NCBI GenBank assembly: GCA_965649825.1
Contig: OZ287701.1
Span: 1,229,101-1,293,100 of the forward strand
Reading direction: 5' to 3'
Origin: Penicillus capitatus
Taxonomy: Eukaryota > Plantae > Chlorophyta
Length of the DNA: 64,000 bases
Position numbers and translations under genes: made by a program. The notes under the pieces are model-generated. The model did no database searches. It was not told the origin of the DNA and worked only from the letters and a program-made list of their open reading frames with translations. The number at the start of each line of letters is the position of its first letter. Positions within the stretch are counted from its first letter, which is position 1. Positions 45,339 through 59,441 of this stretch are shown here, piece after piece.

Positions 45339-46591
45339 GTCTGTCTGACTTGGATGCGGAATCTGGCGGATCCGCGTTTGAGCACTGTTATTCTCTTTCT
45401 GATTATTTCTTTGCATCTGTCGAATAAAAGCTCCCTATGGGAGTGCGTCCATTTCATTCATGGGGCCTTGTGCCTCTGTCGTTCCTCAAATGCGTTTTAT
45501 CAATCCTCGATGACGAGGAGTGCGAGTAAGAATCAACAGAACCGAAAGAGGTGTATGAATTTTACATATGTGGACACTGCATGTGCTCTTTAACGGGATG
45601 AATACATCATATCAATCAAGGTATCATCAGCCAAATGCGAAAGAGAGACAGTGTGCATGCGGAATAGGGGGGACAGCATCTCATTTAAGAATGTCCAGCC
45701 AATCGATTCTCACGGACGGCCAAAACGAGACGCTCATGGCGTACAGCATCATCAGTAGGCTTACAATTTTATTTCCAGTACCAAAGGGGGCCAAAAAAGA
45801 GTTAGTGTAACCAGTTAGAGACAAGCCAAGCAAGGCCCGGCATGAAACTGCAACTTGAATTGTTCAGCTATCTAGTCGACCCGAGGTAAAGGAAATCCTA
45901 GAATAACTTTGTCTGTTTCGTTAATCTGTGCCTGGCACCTGACGGCAACTGCGAACCATGTTCGCTTGTGGCGGCGGGATAATCATATTGAAATAGGTGA
46001 ATTAAAAAGCCCCCTACAAACAACATGAAATGGGACGGTGGGGTTCAGCAATGCGGTTCAAGCATAAGACGATCGAACCTGACAATCTACACTACCCTTA
46101 TGGATTACCTCTTCACATCGATGCGTTGTAGCACCCTCAAACAATAACAGAAGCCAAGTGTGTGCATCTATGTAGCGATTGTTGTGTCGACTCTCTTACT
46201 TTACCCCACCCAAAAAACACAAAAACTGTGCATCACTTACTCATCAAAGCAACGATCCTGCCCGAATCTTATTGTAAAGAAAAGAGAGGAGGCCACCAAA
46301 GCATGATCTGACTAATACATGTCAAATTACTGGTTATTTAAAGATACCAGATAAAGAGGATGCAGAGGGGTAACGCCTTCGATGCTTTCCCGTTAAGAAT
46401 GCCAAAATGAAAAACGGTTGAGATCACACCGTCGAAGAAAAGCAGTTCCCGGGGTAGATTCCACGTATCAGCAGATCATTGCTCTTATTTCACTTCAAGA
46501 TCTTGATTCGAACTGTTAGTGAAGGTTAAGAGACAGACTGGACGTTCAAAGCGCTTAAGTACTGGCTGGCGTAGATGTGATGGGGGCAGAA

Positions 46592-48284
46592 TTATCTGAA
46601 ACCACTCTTATTGCTTTCAGATCGTGCTGACATAGCAGTTGAAAAGTCAACTCCGAAATCTGACCAGGAAGACGATCCATGCGACAGCGAGCGCCTGCTT
46701 CCTGCCCGATCATGTGTCGTCGTCTTTGCATCCCATGATGACATGGAAGCCGTATCCACTAACTCATCCGGACCACATTTGTGCGATGCTGGAGACATCT
46801 GTTGCCGCGTAAGACGTTTGCGAACCAATTTCTCCGCCTCTATCCTTGACTGTAACTGGTACATCTCGTACTCTTGATCCGTTTTCAACGTCGGCGGCAC
46901 CCAGCTACTCGAAAGGCTGTAGTCCCATTGCTTCAGCGGACAAGGTTCATCGCTGTGATGCGCTGAGTCACGATCCGACTCGTCGTCATCATCCCAGATC
47001 TCCGCAACTGGTATGTCTTCTGCCGGGGCTTCGCTTTCGGAATCTGATTCCGACGAGATATCTGTTGTCGGATTATGTGTGGCGGCGATGTTCAGGGAAC
47101 GTTGGGTGGAATATACAAGTTCATCGATGTGACTGCGTGGTGTGGGTTGAACATCACCATACAGCGGCGATGTTGTTAATAGGATCGATTTAACCTCTGA
47201 CGTTTTCCCTGAGCTTTGACTATCCACTGGGACCTCGCGCTCTGAGTCGTCAATTGAGTACTTCGTTGCTTGCGCTCCGCCCAAACACATAAAACAACTG
47301 CAGACAACACAGAAGACAGGGTCACATCTGAACTGTATCCCTAGCTGGGCACATACTTTCCCTTCAGCAGGGCCGAGCTGATCGGAAACGAGAGCGATTC
47401 ATCAGCAAAATCATAGTCTTTGTCTTCCTTGATTGCCGGGGTCTCCCTGACAGGACCACCCGGTTTCGGCAACTTCCTCCAAGACTTCAGTCCTTTCACA
47501 CATTTTGCCACCTTGGAGTTACGTAAGGCACTGAGCTTCCCTCTGCCAGTTGAAGAAGCTTCTGACGAACAGATAGACGGTGCAGAGCATTCCACCACAT
47601 TCGTATAGTCAGCTATCATTGCAAAATCCATATCCAGAAAACCAAGAGACGCATCATCATTGTTCGAAGAGAAGCTGTATCCGGAACCTTCTTTCATCCC
47701 AGGAACTTGCATTCTTCGCATTGGTACACGTGCTCTGTTTTTTAGAAAAGAGGGCACGCGCAGATCATCATCCTCCAGTGCGAGAGGTCGCATATCTGCT
47801 GTGCAAGACACCATATAACCGCCCTTATCTTGATTGTAACTCCCCCGTATACTTGTCGATGTCATCGTCCCAGCTGCGTTCAACCTTTCCAGATCCCGCA
47901 AAGTCAGTTCCTTTGCACAGGCATCTGGAAACAGATGCGATGTCGCACGATCCTATGCCTAAGAGAAGGGACAGGCATACTTTCGTCGACCAAAGCTTCA
48001 TTCTGTACTCTGAGTTCTCCGCACCACGTTGCCGTAAAATCAACATCTGGCCGATTTGGGCTTTGAACAATGCTTGGACGGTAGGGATTAGGATAGTGCA
48101 CACATGCCCGATGTCCGCCGTTACGGTGATGGGGATCCAGTAAACGATCCACAACTTCTTCCATTCGAACCAGCTCCGTACGTTGGGCAGTGAGCGACCG
48201 ATAGACTGGCCGTTCCTTTGGGTTCTCTGCACTGCGAGGGATCTCTGATGCTGCCGTGCATACGATGGACCCCGAGCTCATCAT
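46592..48284 (-). CDS. Ser-rich hypothetical protein (3 exons)
   Basis: Three long ORFs join in frame across two GT-AG introns (...VDE/NACAKELTLRDL... and ...LKG/NCFMCLGG...). Confidence 0.65.
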
Positions 48285-50602
48285 ATCAAACGGCGGGTTT
48301 TCGCAATCCTAGACACCCACCCACGCTTCTCACATCTCCACCCGTTACTCAGAGGACGAGGACTACAGAAGTCGCAGGGTCCGTTGAGTGGTGGCTTTCA
48401 ACGCCTGCCGAAGCTTTTCGTGGTACCAGGTTGGACACCATGTCTTTATTGGACCGAGCGCTCGTCATCTTTAACGAATCTTGCGAAGCTGAACGTTCTA
48501 TTTCCTACACCAGCAGCAAGGCGGCGAATGCACCACATACATCCTCCTCCGCACAGATGCCTTACGCGTTTGGAGTTTTCGTCTCTGATATAAGAATTCG
48601 TTTCGTTTTTTCGATGAGCCTGCGACGACGGGGGCGAAACGGATGACACGCGACACAGTATTTTCCGCTTTGTCTTCTGCACATACGCAGAAAGATAAGG
48701 CGAAGCGCGCGACTTAACCGGATGTGTCAGACACTGACGGGTGCACGTCGTTTCGGAGGTTGGTGGTGGTGGCAATCTCCGCCAATGGTTTCCGTGCCAT
48801 ACAGAATCGGCAAATAGAAATCTGCAAACCGACAACCCACTACTCTCCATCACACGGTTCCGCATCGCGTTTTCGCACCATGGCAGTGCCATGCCAAACA
48901 GACAGCGAGCTTGATGGACGTAAGCCCCCTCCTCAGCCGCAAGGATTGAAAAAGACGATACAGTGGCGGCGTATACTAGACGTCCACATTGGCGATTTAA
49001 ACCAGTCCCACTGAAGTGCCTTCGGCATATTCTCTGGATTCTTTGAATTTTCGACCGTGTATCATCGTTTATTGGTGCATCGGTTAAGATCCAGACAGCC
49101 TGTTAGCTGTTGGATGTAGAGGTGTATCGAATCTCTCTGGCGCCATGACCACCCGTCCTTTATTGGATGGATGGATATTTGAATCTTCGATAGCGACTCG
49201 ATGATCTCCGTTTCTCGAACATCGCCGTGATTTTTCGACTGGACAGCTCCGTATCTAATGAACTGGCTGGCATTTATGAATAGATTACCTTGACGATGTA
49301 CAGGGAACAAAAACTGGCGCTCCTACCAGAAACTCGCCCGATGACGGAATCCAATCGGTTTCTGTCCATTCTTTATTGCGATGATAGAAATGGCAGTGAT
49401 GGGAATGATCTAAAAGTGCGAGAGACATTAAATGCACTGTATCAGCAGGATATATGCGATCTCGTGAAAACAGGCAACTCGACCAGCTTCTTGACAGGCG
49501 TGACAGCAGGTGAACGCATGATAGCCCTCACGCACACAGCAAATTGCAAGAAACACATCTGGTAAATGCGACGCCGTCAGTTTGAAACGCGTAGACCGAA
49601 GTGCCAAACGTATCGGCTAGAATTATCCATTGCATTCCGTGCCATCGTAGACGAATACGCAAATCGCCTGACGCGGATGGCGTTCCTGCGTTCAGACTCG
49701 AAGCCAGATTCCCGAACCACAAGTCACTTAACTAGATGTTGAGGATGCGGTGGTTTATCGCGAGAGGACGTCTTGTCCGTCGAAAAAGAATCTTTCTCTG
49801 AGCTCCGCAGTCGACAATGCGACTCCCTTTTCGTTGTCGCCACAAGGCACGCCACGGATGAAGGATAACGGCGTGCGGCAAGAGAATTTTGTCGAGGCTC
49901 TCGACAGCATGTGCGTTTCGTCGTCGGAAAGGCTCAAAAGACTTCAATGGTGAAAAGTCATTGAACGATGCGTGGCGATGCAGAAGGTACTCACAGTTGC
50001 GAACAACTGCCTTCCGCCAACGAAAATGACAGAAACGGCAACTGAACTGACTGCATGCAACTTTGCGCTGAATGTCGTGTCCGTTTCACGCACCGATTGC
50101 CCGAACGCGCCCCTTTACGTCTGCGCGCGAAGAGCGCTTCTCGTTCCATGTGCTCGACAGAAGAAACGGACGTTCGTTAAAATCAACGAGGAATCGCGTG
50201 GAACCTGGCTGTCGAGTCGGTGTGGCAAAACGATCATCAGATAGAAGAGGCGAGCACGCACATCTGACACACCTGGCGAACAGCTTCTTAAAAACTGCAT
50301 CGTGCAGAAATCGGTCGCGATTCACAGTTCTCAGGAAATTGTATACGAGTACCACTGCCATTGTGAACCTTGCGCTTCGGGGTAACTGCCGGTGAGCGCA
50401 GGAGATTGTGTAGAGGACATGGATCTCGGAGACGATCTGCCCTGTCTCATACACATGCGTACTGCCGCCCTTTACTGACAGATCCACTTGATCTGTCACA
50501 CACGTCCGTTATAGTACCTATTACAATAGGCGTCGTCATCGACATCAAAAATGGGAAACTCTAGGGGGGTGATTTCAAAAACAGCTGAAACAGCGAGCAG
50601 CA

Positions 50603-53157
50603 TCAAGACAAGCCGACCACACGTCCTGTTTCCGGGTCAACATCAATCTATAGCACACCTTCGACACGTGCACGTCTCAAAAATAGAGAGATACATCATA
50701 GAAGCATGGACGAGTGGGAAGGCCTGGCATCGTAGGGATCGATCCAACGAGAGGGTACAGAAATCCAGCACCAGCACTGCATCGAATCTCTCGAATACGG
50801 ATCGAGAAACCCGTCGGTGCGCCTTTGCAATGACACCGTCATGATGGGCCTATATGTTGTGTCCTGCCTGCACCTTTAAGGAGGGGATCACCGCTGAACG
50901 AATACTGTGTCTTTGCCATGCACACTGGCAACTCTCCATAACCATTCTTCTGAAAAAGCTCCATCTGGTTGTCGGCCTCTTCGGAAAACTCCACATCTTC
51001 AGCTCGGTAGATCTCCCGTGCAATACTTCGAATCTTCTCCTGTAGATCGTTGAGAACGATGGTGCATTACGGGACATGGATGTCAGTTGTTACCCGAATG
51101 CTCTGTTTCAGTGGATAGAGGAAAGAAAAACATGACTCCTCTGCACAGGCGCTCATCATCGCTTCAGCCAGCTTTACAGCACCAGCGCCTCCCTTCTCCC
51201 AATGTTCACAGACAACGGCGGCGTGAGCTTCTACAAATTGTCCACGAAAACGAAAGGACATTGCTGATGATCCTGTTTCTAACTGGCATCGATGGCAGCT
51301 TGCCGAACAACATCGAGTTCCGCTTCTGTGTCAGGAGAGAACCTGTTGATGACGACCACGACCGGAACACCAAATTTGCGCACGTTTTCAATATGTCGCT
51401 CCAGATTACAGCAACCGCGTTTGACCAAGTCTATATTCTCCTCGGAGTACGCATGGTCCAACGGTTTCCCTGGTTCAACACTCGATGCATGGCTGGTTGA
51501 CAGTTTCACGAGAAATCGACCTGCGATGACTGGCGGACCGCCGCCATGCATCTTCAATGCACGCACCGTCGCCACAAGAATCACACAGTCGGGTTTCAAG
51601 CCACTTGTTCTGCACTTAATGTTCGCAAACTTCTCGAATCCGATGTCGGCACCGAAACCCGCCTAAGGTGCCATCCTGGTGGTAGGCAGATAGGCGGCGG
51701 GGGTCACACCTCTGTGATGCAATAGCCATCTGAACCAACAAGCTTCAGTGCGATTTGATCGGCGAGAATAGATGAGTTTCCATGTGCGATGTTTGCAAAT
51801 GGCCCTGCAAGACTGATTGACCTTTGCATTCTCTAAAGACTAACTGGTCACCTGCATGGACGAGAACCGGTGATTCCTCTAGTGTCTGCAACAGTGTCGG
51901 CCGAATGGCATCTTTCATCAAGACAGTGGCTGCGCCACCTGCACCCAGATCATCGACCGTGACAGGATCTCCTGCATCATCTCTCAAGCGAGGCATCGAC
52001 ATCTACTCAACTGACCCTGATGAGATCGGGCCACCACCATACGTCCGAGACGTTGACGCATGTCTTGGATCCCAGTCGTCAGTGCCAAGACTGCCATAAT
52101 CTCGCTGGCGACACTGATTTCAAAAGCTGTCTGGCGAACATGCCCCTTCTCGGCAGGGCCTGGTATCCACACAGTTCTCCGTAGCCAACGACTAAAGGTG
52201 ATCGCCGACCTTGTCCAGTGGAAATGGATCGTAGAAATCTGTCATTTGTATCCAGAACGCGATTCCACGAAATCGTCGAGGGATCGATGTCTAAGCGTGA
52301 GAATCGTCGACGCTCATCTTCTGTCATTTCATCAGGCGACTCTGTGCGGATGCCCAGTTTCTCTAAGCGCGTTTTCATCACCGTAGCGAATTCTCGTACT
52401 CCCTGCGAACGCTCAGTCCAATGCCTCTGTGATAAAGAACACGACATGCACCTCTCCGGACGCGTTCGTTTTCAGCGGGCATAATCGATTGAACAGGGCG
52501 CTGTCAGATTGCGTGGCTTCGTGAAACATCCTGGCATCGATCGCAGCTGCGATGAGATTATTGGCGGCTGTGATCGCATGGATATCCCCTGACAGACACA
52601 ATGCATCTATGACTAAGCAAAACTCCACTCGTGAACCTGTAAGATGCAGATTCATGTCTTCCATGGGAACAACCTGTGAATAGCCGCCCCCTGCAGCACC
52701 TCCTTTGATGCCAAACGTGGGACCCTGACTGGGTTGCCTTAAACAAGTGAACACCTGCGAGATGCCAAATAGTATGACAAAGAGATGATCGATTTCTCAG
52801 GGAGACCTTCTGATGAAGATGAGCACCCAGAGCTTGACTGACTCCGACGGTCGTCGTGCTCTTGCCTTCGCCCAGTGGCGTCGGTGTGATTCCCGCCACC
52901 ACGACTGAACAGGCATTGCAGTTTAACGATGGAGCACGTTATGATGGGGTCTACTCCACACCGTATTTTCCGCTGGGAGCATCTCGTAGTCGATCTAGGA
53001 CGTCCAGTGAGATCTTTGCTTTCGTCAAACCATGGGTTTCGAACTCCGTCTGCAGAAGGCCAGCATCGACTGCGACGTCGGCTATGTTTTTCAGTGAAGC
53101 GCTCTGAGAAATCTCGACGTCTCTAGGGACTGGCGACTTAATTTCACCGATACCCAT
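50603..53157 (-). CDS. FTHFS: Formate-tetrahydrofolate ligase, multi-exon
   Basis: [58 protein letters not shown]; ends [14 protein letters not shown]. Confidence 0.95.
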
Positions 53158-54869
53158 CCCGATTCACGGACGATTCCAGTCTTGCTCTAACAGACGAATG
53201 CGACACCGCTGCCGATGCGCATGGACGTAAACTTAGTCACGCGGAGACACAGAAAGCTAACAAGTCGCCAAGCTGGACGACGATAGACGCCGTTTGATGG
53301 CTGAATCTTAAATTATCATTTGCTCTGCTGTTTCAGCCAACAGGGCAGTGCTTGAAGGATCGCGTCGAAACTTCGACGAATACAAAGTGGCCACTAACGC
53401 TTAGAAATCTTTTTAAATCTGGACGACGTCTATGAAGTGTAACGAGTTCTTTTACTTCACTTGATTCGAATGGTACATACTCGTGGTGAAATGGTCGACA
53501 GTCGGAATGAGACATAGTCTCGTAGGTCAGTGTCGAGCAACACTCAAAAAGCATCGTCAAGTCTTGTTAATTCTTACGTGCAATAACTAAAACATGCTGT
53601 TTAGCCAATAAAAACGTTAAGTGCTATAAATGAACATTGGGCACAGTCTATTTGGTCCCTATCTCTAACGAGGTAAAGTCGTTAACTAATGATTCAGGGT
53701 TTGACGACTTCAAAATAACTAAATCCTCGATTCGCGACAACCCATGCGCTTGAATTGTTCAACCGCGTTAATCGATAGAAACGATGCAGACAAGTGAGGA
53801 ACAGGCAGACAAGCACAATGTCAAACCATCATGAAAGTCCTCAGAAAAGCCTCTCTGGGCAGAAAAACGATGTCAAAGTCGACAACTGAATCAAATCATG
53901 CGATTGCGTCTTCATTTCGGCGGCGCCGCAGGAAAACGGCGTCTTGAGGTCGTGTAATGTTGTTTGAGGCTGTGTCTCCGTGTGGTACAAATACACACAC
54001 ATGTCTTTCCCTTCATAAACATATTTGGTAAAGGCGATTTGTTGCGTTCCATGTCGTATTTACTGTGCCACGTTAGGAGCTCTGTTCTTTCAAGTTTTCT
54101 GTCAATTTCCATTTTTTCTTCAAAAGGCGACATGCTCAACTTTTTTGCCTAAAGTTATCTTCAATTGATGATATTTTCGTAAACTTAAAGAAGGCGGTTG
54201 TGTTCTGTATATGTGCGACATAATTGGTCTCGTTGTCTTAGCTGGTGAACTTTTAAGTTCGACCAAAAGACACTACCCTCCCCATTCACACCTGACCAAG
54301 TCGTTCTAAATGGCTTCGTCGCGTTTCTTGCTATCAAGCAAGTAAAGTCGCTCACGTTTCATCCAATTGGCCACAATGAAGGTCACATTTAGTAAGGGTA
54401 TGCACACTTAGAGCATTATTCTCATCCCAGAGCATTGGAATCTTGCTGTTAAACATATTTGTTATACTTTCGAAGACTTTATCTAAATACTGATTACTTC
54501 CTTGATCTATTTCTTTCTTTTTCTGGAATTTCCCTTCTACATCTAACATTTCTAACATCTGCAGGTTTCAAAGGATCAAATTGCCTCTTGAATTCTAGGA
54601 CGCCATAAACGATTTTGCCTAGTACATTTTAACATTTTAATGTATTTGGTCCTTGTACTTCTGTCAAGATGACAAGGTCAAGACTGCGAGCAGACCGTAC
54701 AAAGGTTACCAAACCAGTTTCAACTCTGCAATCGTTACTATTTCACTATTGACTGCTAGTAATGATACGAAGTGTATTCAGATGATGTGTTGAACTATGC
54801 ACATGGAAGAAGCACTAATGCTAACTAACCATTGTGCACACGTGGTCAAATGAATCTGGATTAATTCTC

Positions 54870-55095
54870 CCTATTTTGTTTTTATGCTTGCTTGTCTCGA
54901 CTTTACAACCCACGGCTACTGGGATTCGGATTTCGGTTTTCTCGGCATTTGTCCAATTACGTCGCGACCAGCTGCCGGTTCACCTCCGGCCAGTCACTAT
55001 CGCCTGAGTGACTCACGGGGCGCGTCTCGGTGGGATTTGAACTCGTGTCTCCTGAGAAAAACCAAGTGTGCTAACCACCAGACCCCGAAGGCCAA
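54870..55095 (-). mobile_element. tRNA-derived SINE-like element or tRNA pseudogene
   Basis: Minus strand has a D-arm-like GGTCTGGTGGTTAG and a B-box-like GAGTTCAAATCC with poorly paired stems, then a body and an A-rich end (CATAAAAACAAAATA). Confidence 0.45.
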
Positions 55096-55936
55096 AACCA
55101 TTTAGGGAACGAATTCCGTACTCGGAAAATGCAAAGGCAAACATAAAGATATAGAGACGGTTGGTAGGAAGACAATTATTTGTGCGTACAAATCGAATAA
55201 ACCAGCCCGAAAGAATCCAGTTATGACTTTGAGAAGTTTAAAAACACGAAGCAGCGGCGAATAGATGATTACGAGGCACACTCCGGCTCCACAAAGAGCA
55301 GCGATAATAGCTCGATCGATCATCAAGTATCTAGAGCATACACCCATTACAGATTTCCATCACTGTTTTTCAATGACGGCTTACCGAATTGGTTCGCGTA
55401 AAACCTGGCATGGATCAAAGTTTGTTACCTCGATAGATAATTGATTGTATTGGACAAGGTCTTCTTTTAATGCCTCGAATTGACAGATTTGGGGCATGCC
55501 GCGCGGGCCGTCCAAGAGACCGTTCATTCTCTCTGATCTCACAGTTGGCACCCAATTATTTTAATAAACCGAAAAGTTGTTCTCCAACGCGTTTCGGCGG
55601 TCATCTATCGGTCAGGGAACAAACGACCATCTACAAAATCATCGACTCCCCGGGGCGAATATTCCGATAAGAGCCGCAGACGTTTCGCTTCGTATGACAT
55701 ACGTACATTTTCTGCTCAGAACCATTTTTATGCGAACCATCGTTCGACACGTACGCCTGGCCTACAACGCAAACAGTGCCATCTCTCGACGCGTATTTAG
55801 CTCAGATGATGCAATTTCTGCGAAACGATCGATAAAACGCTAAAGAACAAACCTCCGTTCGCATCGTTTTCTCTGTTCGTTTGCTCGCGGCTCAGTTGTT
55901 GCTCCGCGGTTCTCTCGTGAAACAAAATACATAAGG

Positions 55937-57660
55937 ATGTCGTCTGCCTCTCAAAATCCTCCATTCTTTTCGATTCGCAGCGAAAAAGGGCGTCGCTCGA
56001 AGATGGAGGATAACCACGACATTCAGCTTAACTTTATGGAGCTGCCACTCGACTTAACCGACATGGATGATGTCGTTCCACTCTCCCTCCCGACACCCAT
56101 CAAAACGAGTAGGCATCATTTCGCATCTCACACTTTCTCACACCATTCAGAATCGTCACCCATCTGTGTGGGCCCCGAATTCGGTCCTTGTCCGCGGTAT
56201 GTGTGCCCCAGTACACTGAAGTAACCAGATAAAGCTCTCTGTATCCAGAGGATCTGTCAGCGGGGAACTGATAGGGCTGAATGAAAGAGCGAGAGGAGAC
56301 GTTCAGAGTTGCCATCTTTTCTCTGTATTTGACGGACATGGCGGATTTCGCGCCTCGGAGCACTGCGCGAATAAGCTCTCACAGAACCTGAAATCGACGA
56401 TAACGAGAACACTCAAGAAGCATGCCTTGCCCATAACAGAAATTGTCAGGTCCGCTCTTGCACTCTTTCCATCCCATTTATCTAACCACTGCTCCGTGGT
56501 CACCAGACATAAGACAGTCCCCACGCATGTCTTATTGGCCGAAGCAATAAATATGGCAGAGTTTGCTAGTTCCGATTTTGATGAAGAGACAGAGGTAGAG
56601 ACTGCCGCTCAGGACACCTCTGACGAGTCCTGTCTTTCCCCTAACGTCCCTCTCCTCTTTCTTATTGACCAAAAGCATTCTTCCATTCTAGAGTCCCGAA
56701 GACGACGCGGCAATCAGAGCTCTGTTCTCGACAATGAGTCTCGGCATCTCCAATAGATGTGAGTTTGCGAACGAAAAGCGATCCATTCAAACCCTCGTCT
56801 CCAGACGCCTTGAAGAACTTGATTTGAAGCTGGAGTAAGATCCTGCCCCTCCATGCTCTTCGGTGATATCTGTTGGTGTAGCGGATTGACGTCTTCGCAG
56901 TTGATTGCTTGTTTCAACGATGCCTTTGTGATGACGGATCATCAGTTCGACAGCAAAGGGTACTTACTTGCCATCCCATTTCCTCCACATCTCTCCAATC
57001 GCATATGGGTGGTCTAGAGGATCAGATCAATCTGGAACAACAGCGTTGACGGCCATGGTTTCTTCTCATCTTCTTTGCTTCGCCCATTGCGGCGACTGCC
57101 GCGGCGTCCTGTACAGGGATGGACAAATTCTTCAAGTAACTCGAGAGCACTCACCGAGCTGCGCAGACGAAATAGAGAGAATCGAGCTTCTCGGCGGTCG
57201 TATCATCATCATGCATGCAGATACGCCCCGCGTCCAGGGTGTCCTTAATATGACGAGAGCCATAGGAGATTTTGGACTGAAGCCTTGCATCATTCCTAAT
57301 CCTGAAGTATACTATAGATCCTCCGCACAAGCATGCCGTCGACGTGTTTCTTCAGGTCACTATTCTTAGGCGATCTCATCTCGATGAATTCGTCGTCCTT
57401 GCTTCGGATGGCCTATGGAACGTGCTCGATAATCGGGTTCACGCTCTGCCTTGTCGCCCTCTATGCAGCATGTCTCTCTGTAGGATGTTTGCGACTTGGT
57501 CGTCAAGTGTTTCGCAAGAGTTGAGAGTAGAGAATTAGGTCGACGAAATGCATCCAAAGTAGCCGCCGGTGTCCTTGTACGCAAGGCCATGGACAACGGG
57601 GCATCGGACAATATCACTGTCATTGTGATCGATCTGCGACTGAAATCATCTCTCGTGTAA
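55937..57660 (+). CDS. Protein phosphatase 2C, multi-exon
   Basis: GRRSKMED, VFDGHGG, AHCGDCRGVL, LNMTRAIGD, VLASDGLW, DNITVIVIDL. Confidence 0.92.
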
Positions 57661-58314
57661 CAACTGCGAGATATGACATTAAGTTGCAACGAGGTTGTGA
57701 TTGTACGACTGAACATGGAACTAGCCTTATCAGTGATAAACCCCGTTGAATTATTTGATGTTGATGAATTATATCAAACGTAACATCATACAATCGCTCG
57801 TGGTCAGTCCCGAGGCATTTCATCCTTTGCGGTCGACAGCGTTTTGACATTCGTTGTTCTTTGCGCGCTTTGACCGGCAGTCTCGATTATCATTACAAGG
57901 CCAGCAGACAGCAGGTACGGCGTCATATACCGGCTATTATCATCGTCGCTTAAGGGCCGGCGCCTCGGGACCTATGGCGATCTCATAAGGCCGGCGGCGC
58001 TATCCTTTATTTCTTTCATTTTTGCTGCGCCGCACTCTGTTTGTACGTTCGCGTTCGCGTCAACGGAGATACATCGATCATGGACTGACTGGACGAGTGT
58101 CTAGGTCGTATTTGTCGAGGATGTTGAGCAGCCGCGTCTATCGCGAATCAGGACTCGGGGCACTTCTGCGTGCATCGTCAGACACTTCCCATGGAACGTC
58201 ATCGCCCAAAGGACTATCCCCTTCGTTTCCATCCCAGTTTCTCTACCCGCAGATAAAGTGAGCACCCATTTATTGTCACTATGCCGACGCATACCGAGCT
58301 TTAGCAACACACCA

Positions 58315-59441
58315 ATGATTCCGGCAGCAAAAGAGACGACACCGTTGGGATTTCTGGCGGATTTGGCAGCCGGTGGCGTGTCTGGTGGTATTTCCAAGAC
58401 AGCTGTGGCGCCCATTGAACGTGTGAAGCTCTTGCTTCAGACGCAGGACTCCAATGAGAAAATCAAGAGCGGTGTGTCCCGTCATCACTCCTGATGCTCT
58501 TGACGAATGATGCCGTGCATGACAGGGGAGGTGCCAAGGTACCGTGGAATTGCAGACTGCTTTGTACGCGTGGCACGCGAACAAGGTTTCCTGTCTTATT
58601 GGAGAGGAAACCTGGCAAACGTGATTCGATACTTCCCCACTCAAGTAAGAACGCTGCATGAGAAGAACGTGTGAGAAGTATTGTTCCTAGGCGTTTAACT
58701 TTGCGTTCAAAGACACGTTCAAGAACATGTTCCCGAAGTACAGTCCCAAGACAGACTTCTGGAAGTTCTTTGCAGCCAATATGGCATCGGGTGGAGCAGC
58801 TGGTGCCTGTTCGTTATTGATTGTGTATCCACTCGACTTCGCCAGAACTCGACTGGCCGCCGATCTCGGCGCAGCACAGAAAGAAAGAGAATTCAATGGA
58901 CTTCTGGATTGCCTCAGAAAGGTAAACCCATCTCGCCATGAGCTTCAGTCCATGAGCCATCCGCCTGTCCATTCAAGGTGGCAACCAGAGGAGGACCGTT
59001 GGCTCTCTATCAAGGATTCGGCGTCTCTGTACAAGGAATCATTGTCTATCGTGGCGCCTACTTTGGTCTGTACGATACGGCCAAGGGTATGCTCTTTGAA
59101 GATGAGAAGAAGGCAAACTTCTTTGCCAAGTGGGCCGTGGCTCAGACGGTGACGGCAATGGCCGGAGTGATCTCCTATCCCTTCGACACTGTCCGAAGAC
59201 GCCTCATGATGCAGGTCAGACAAACAGAGATATCCATTCTTGGGTGCATGGTGTATTGCAGGCCGGTGCCTCTGAGAAGATGTATACCGGTACAGTCGAT
59301 TGCTGGGGCAAGATCATGAGAAATGAAGGACCCAAGGCGTTCTTCAAAGGAGCTCTGTCAAATGTGATGAGAGGAGCGGGTGGTGCACTCGTGTTAGTGC
59401 TGTACGATGAGCTGAAGAAGATCATCGATGCCACTCTCTAA
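58315..59441 (+). CDS. AAC: Mitochondrial ADP/ATP carrier (5 exons)
   Basis: [57 protein letters not shown]; four GT-AG introns. Confidence 0.97.

Noticed and set aside
48400-50500. WD40 or membrane-protein fragments
   Set aside because: Short motif-like stretches (e.g. SASGDLRIRL) broken by stops; no consistent gene model.
55024-55092. Functional tRNA gene
   Set aside because: Acceptor, anticodon and T stems pair poorly.
34221-59441. Non-canonical TAA/TAG-to-Gln code as in some ulvophytes
   Set aside because: Conserved genes end at TAA/TAG in expected positions (actin, AAC, RH50-like) and long ORFs have no in-frame TAA/TAG.
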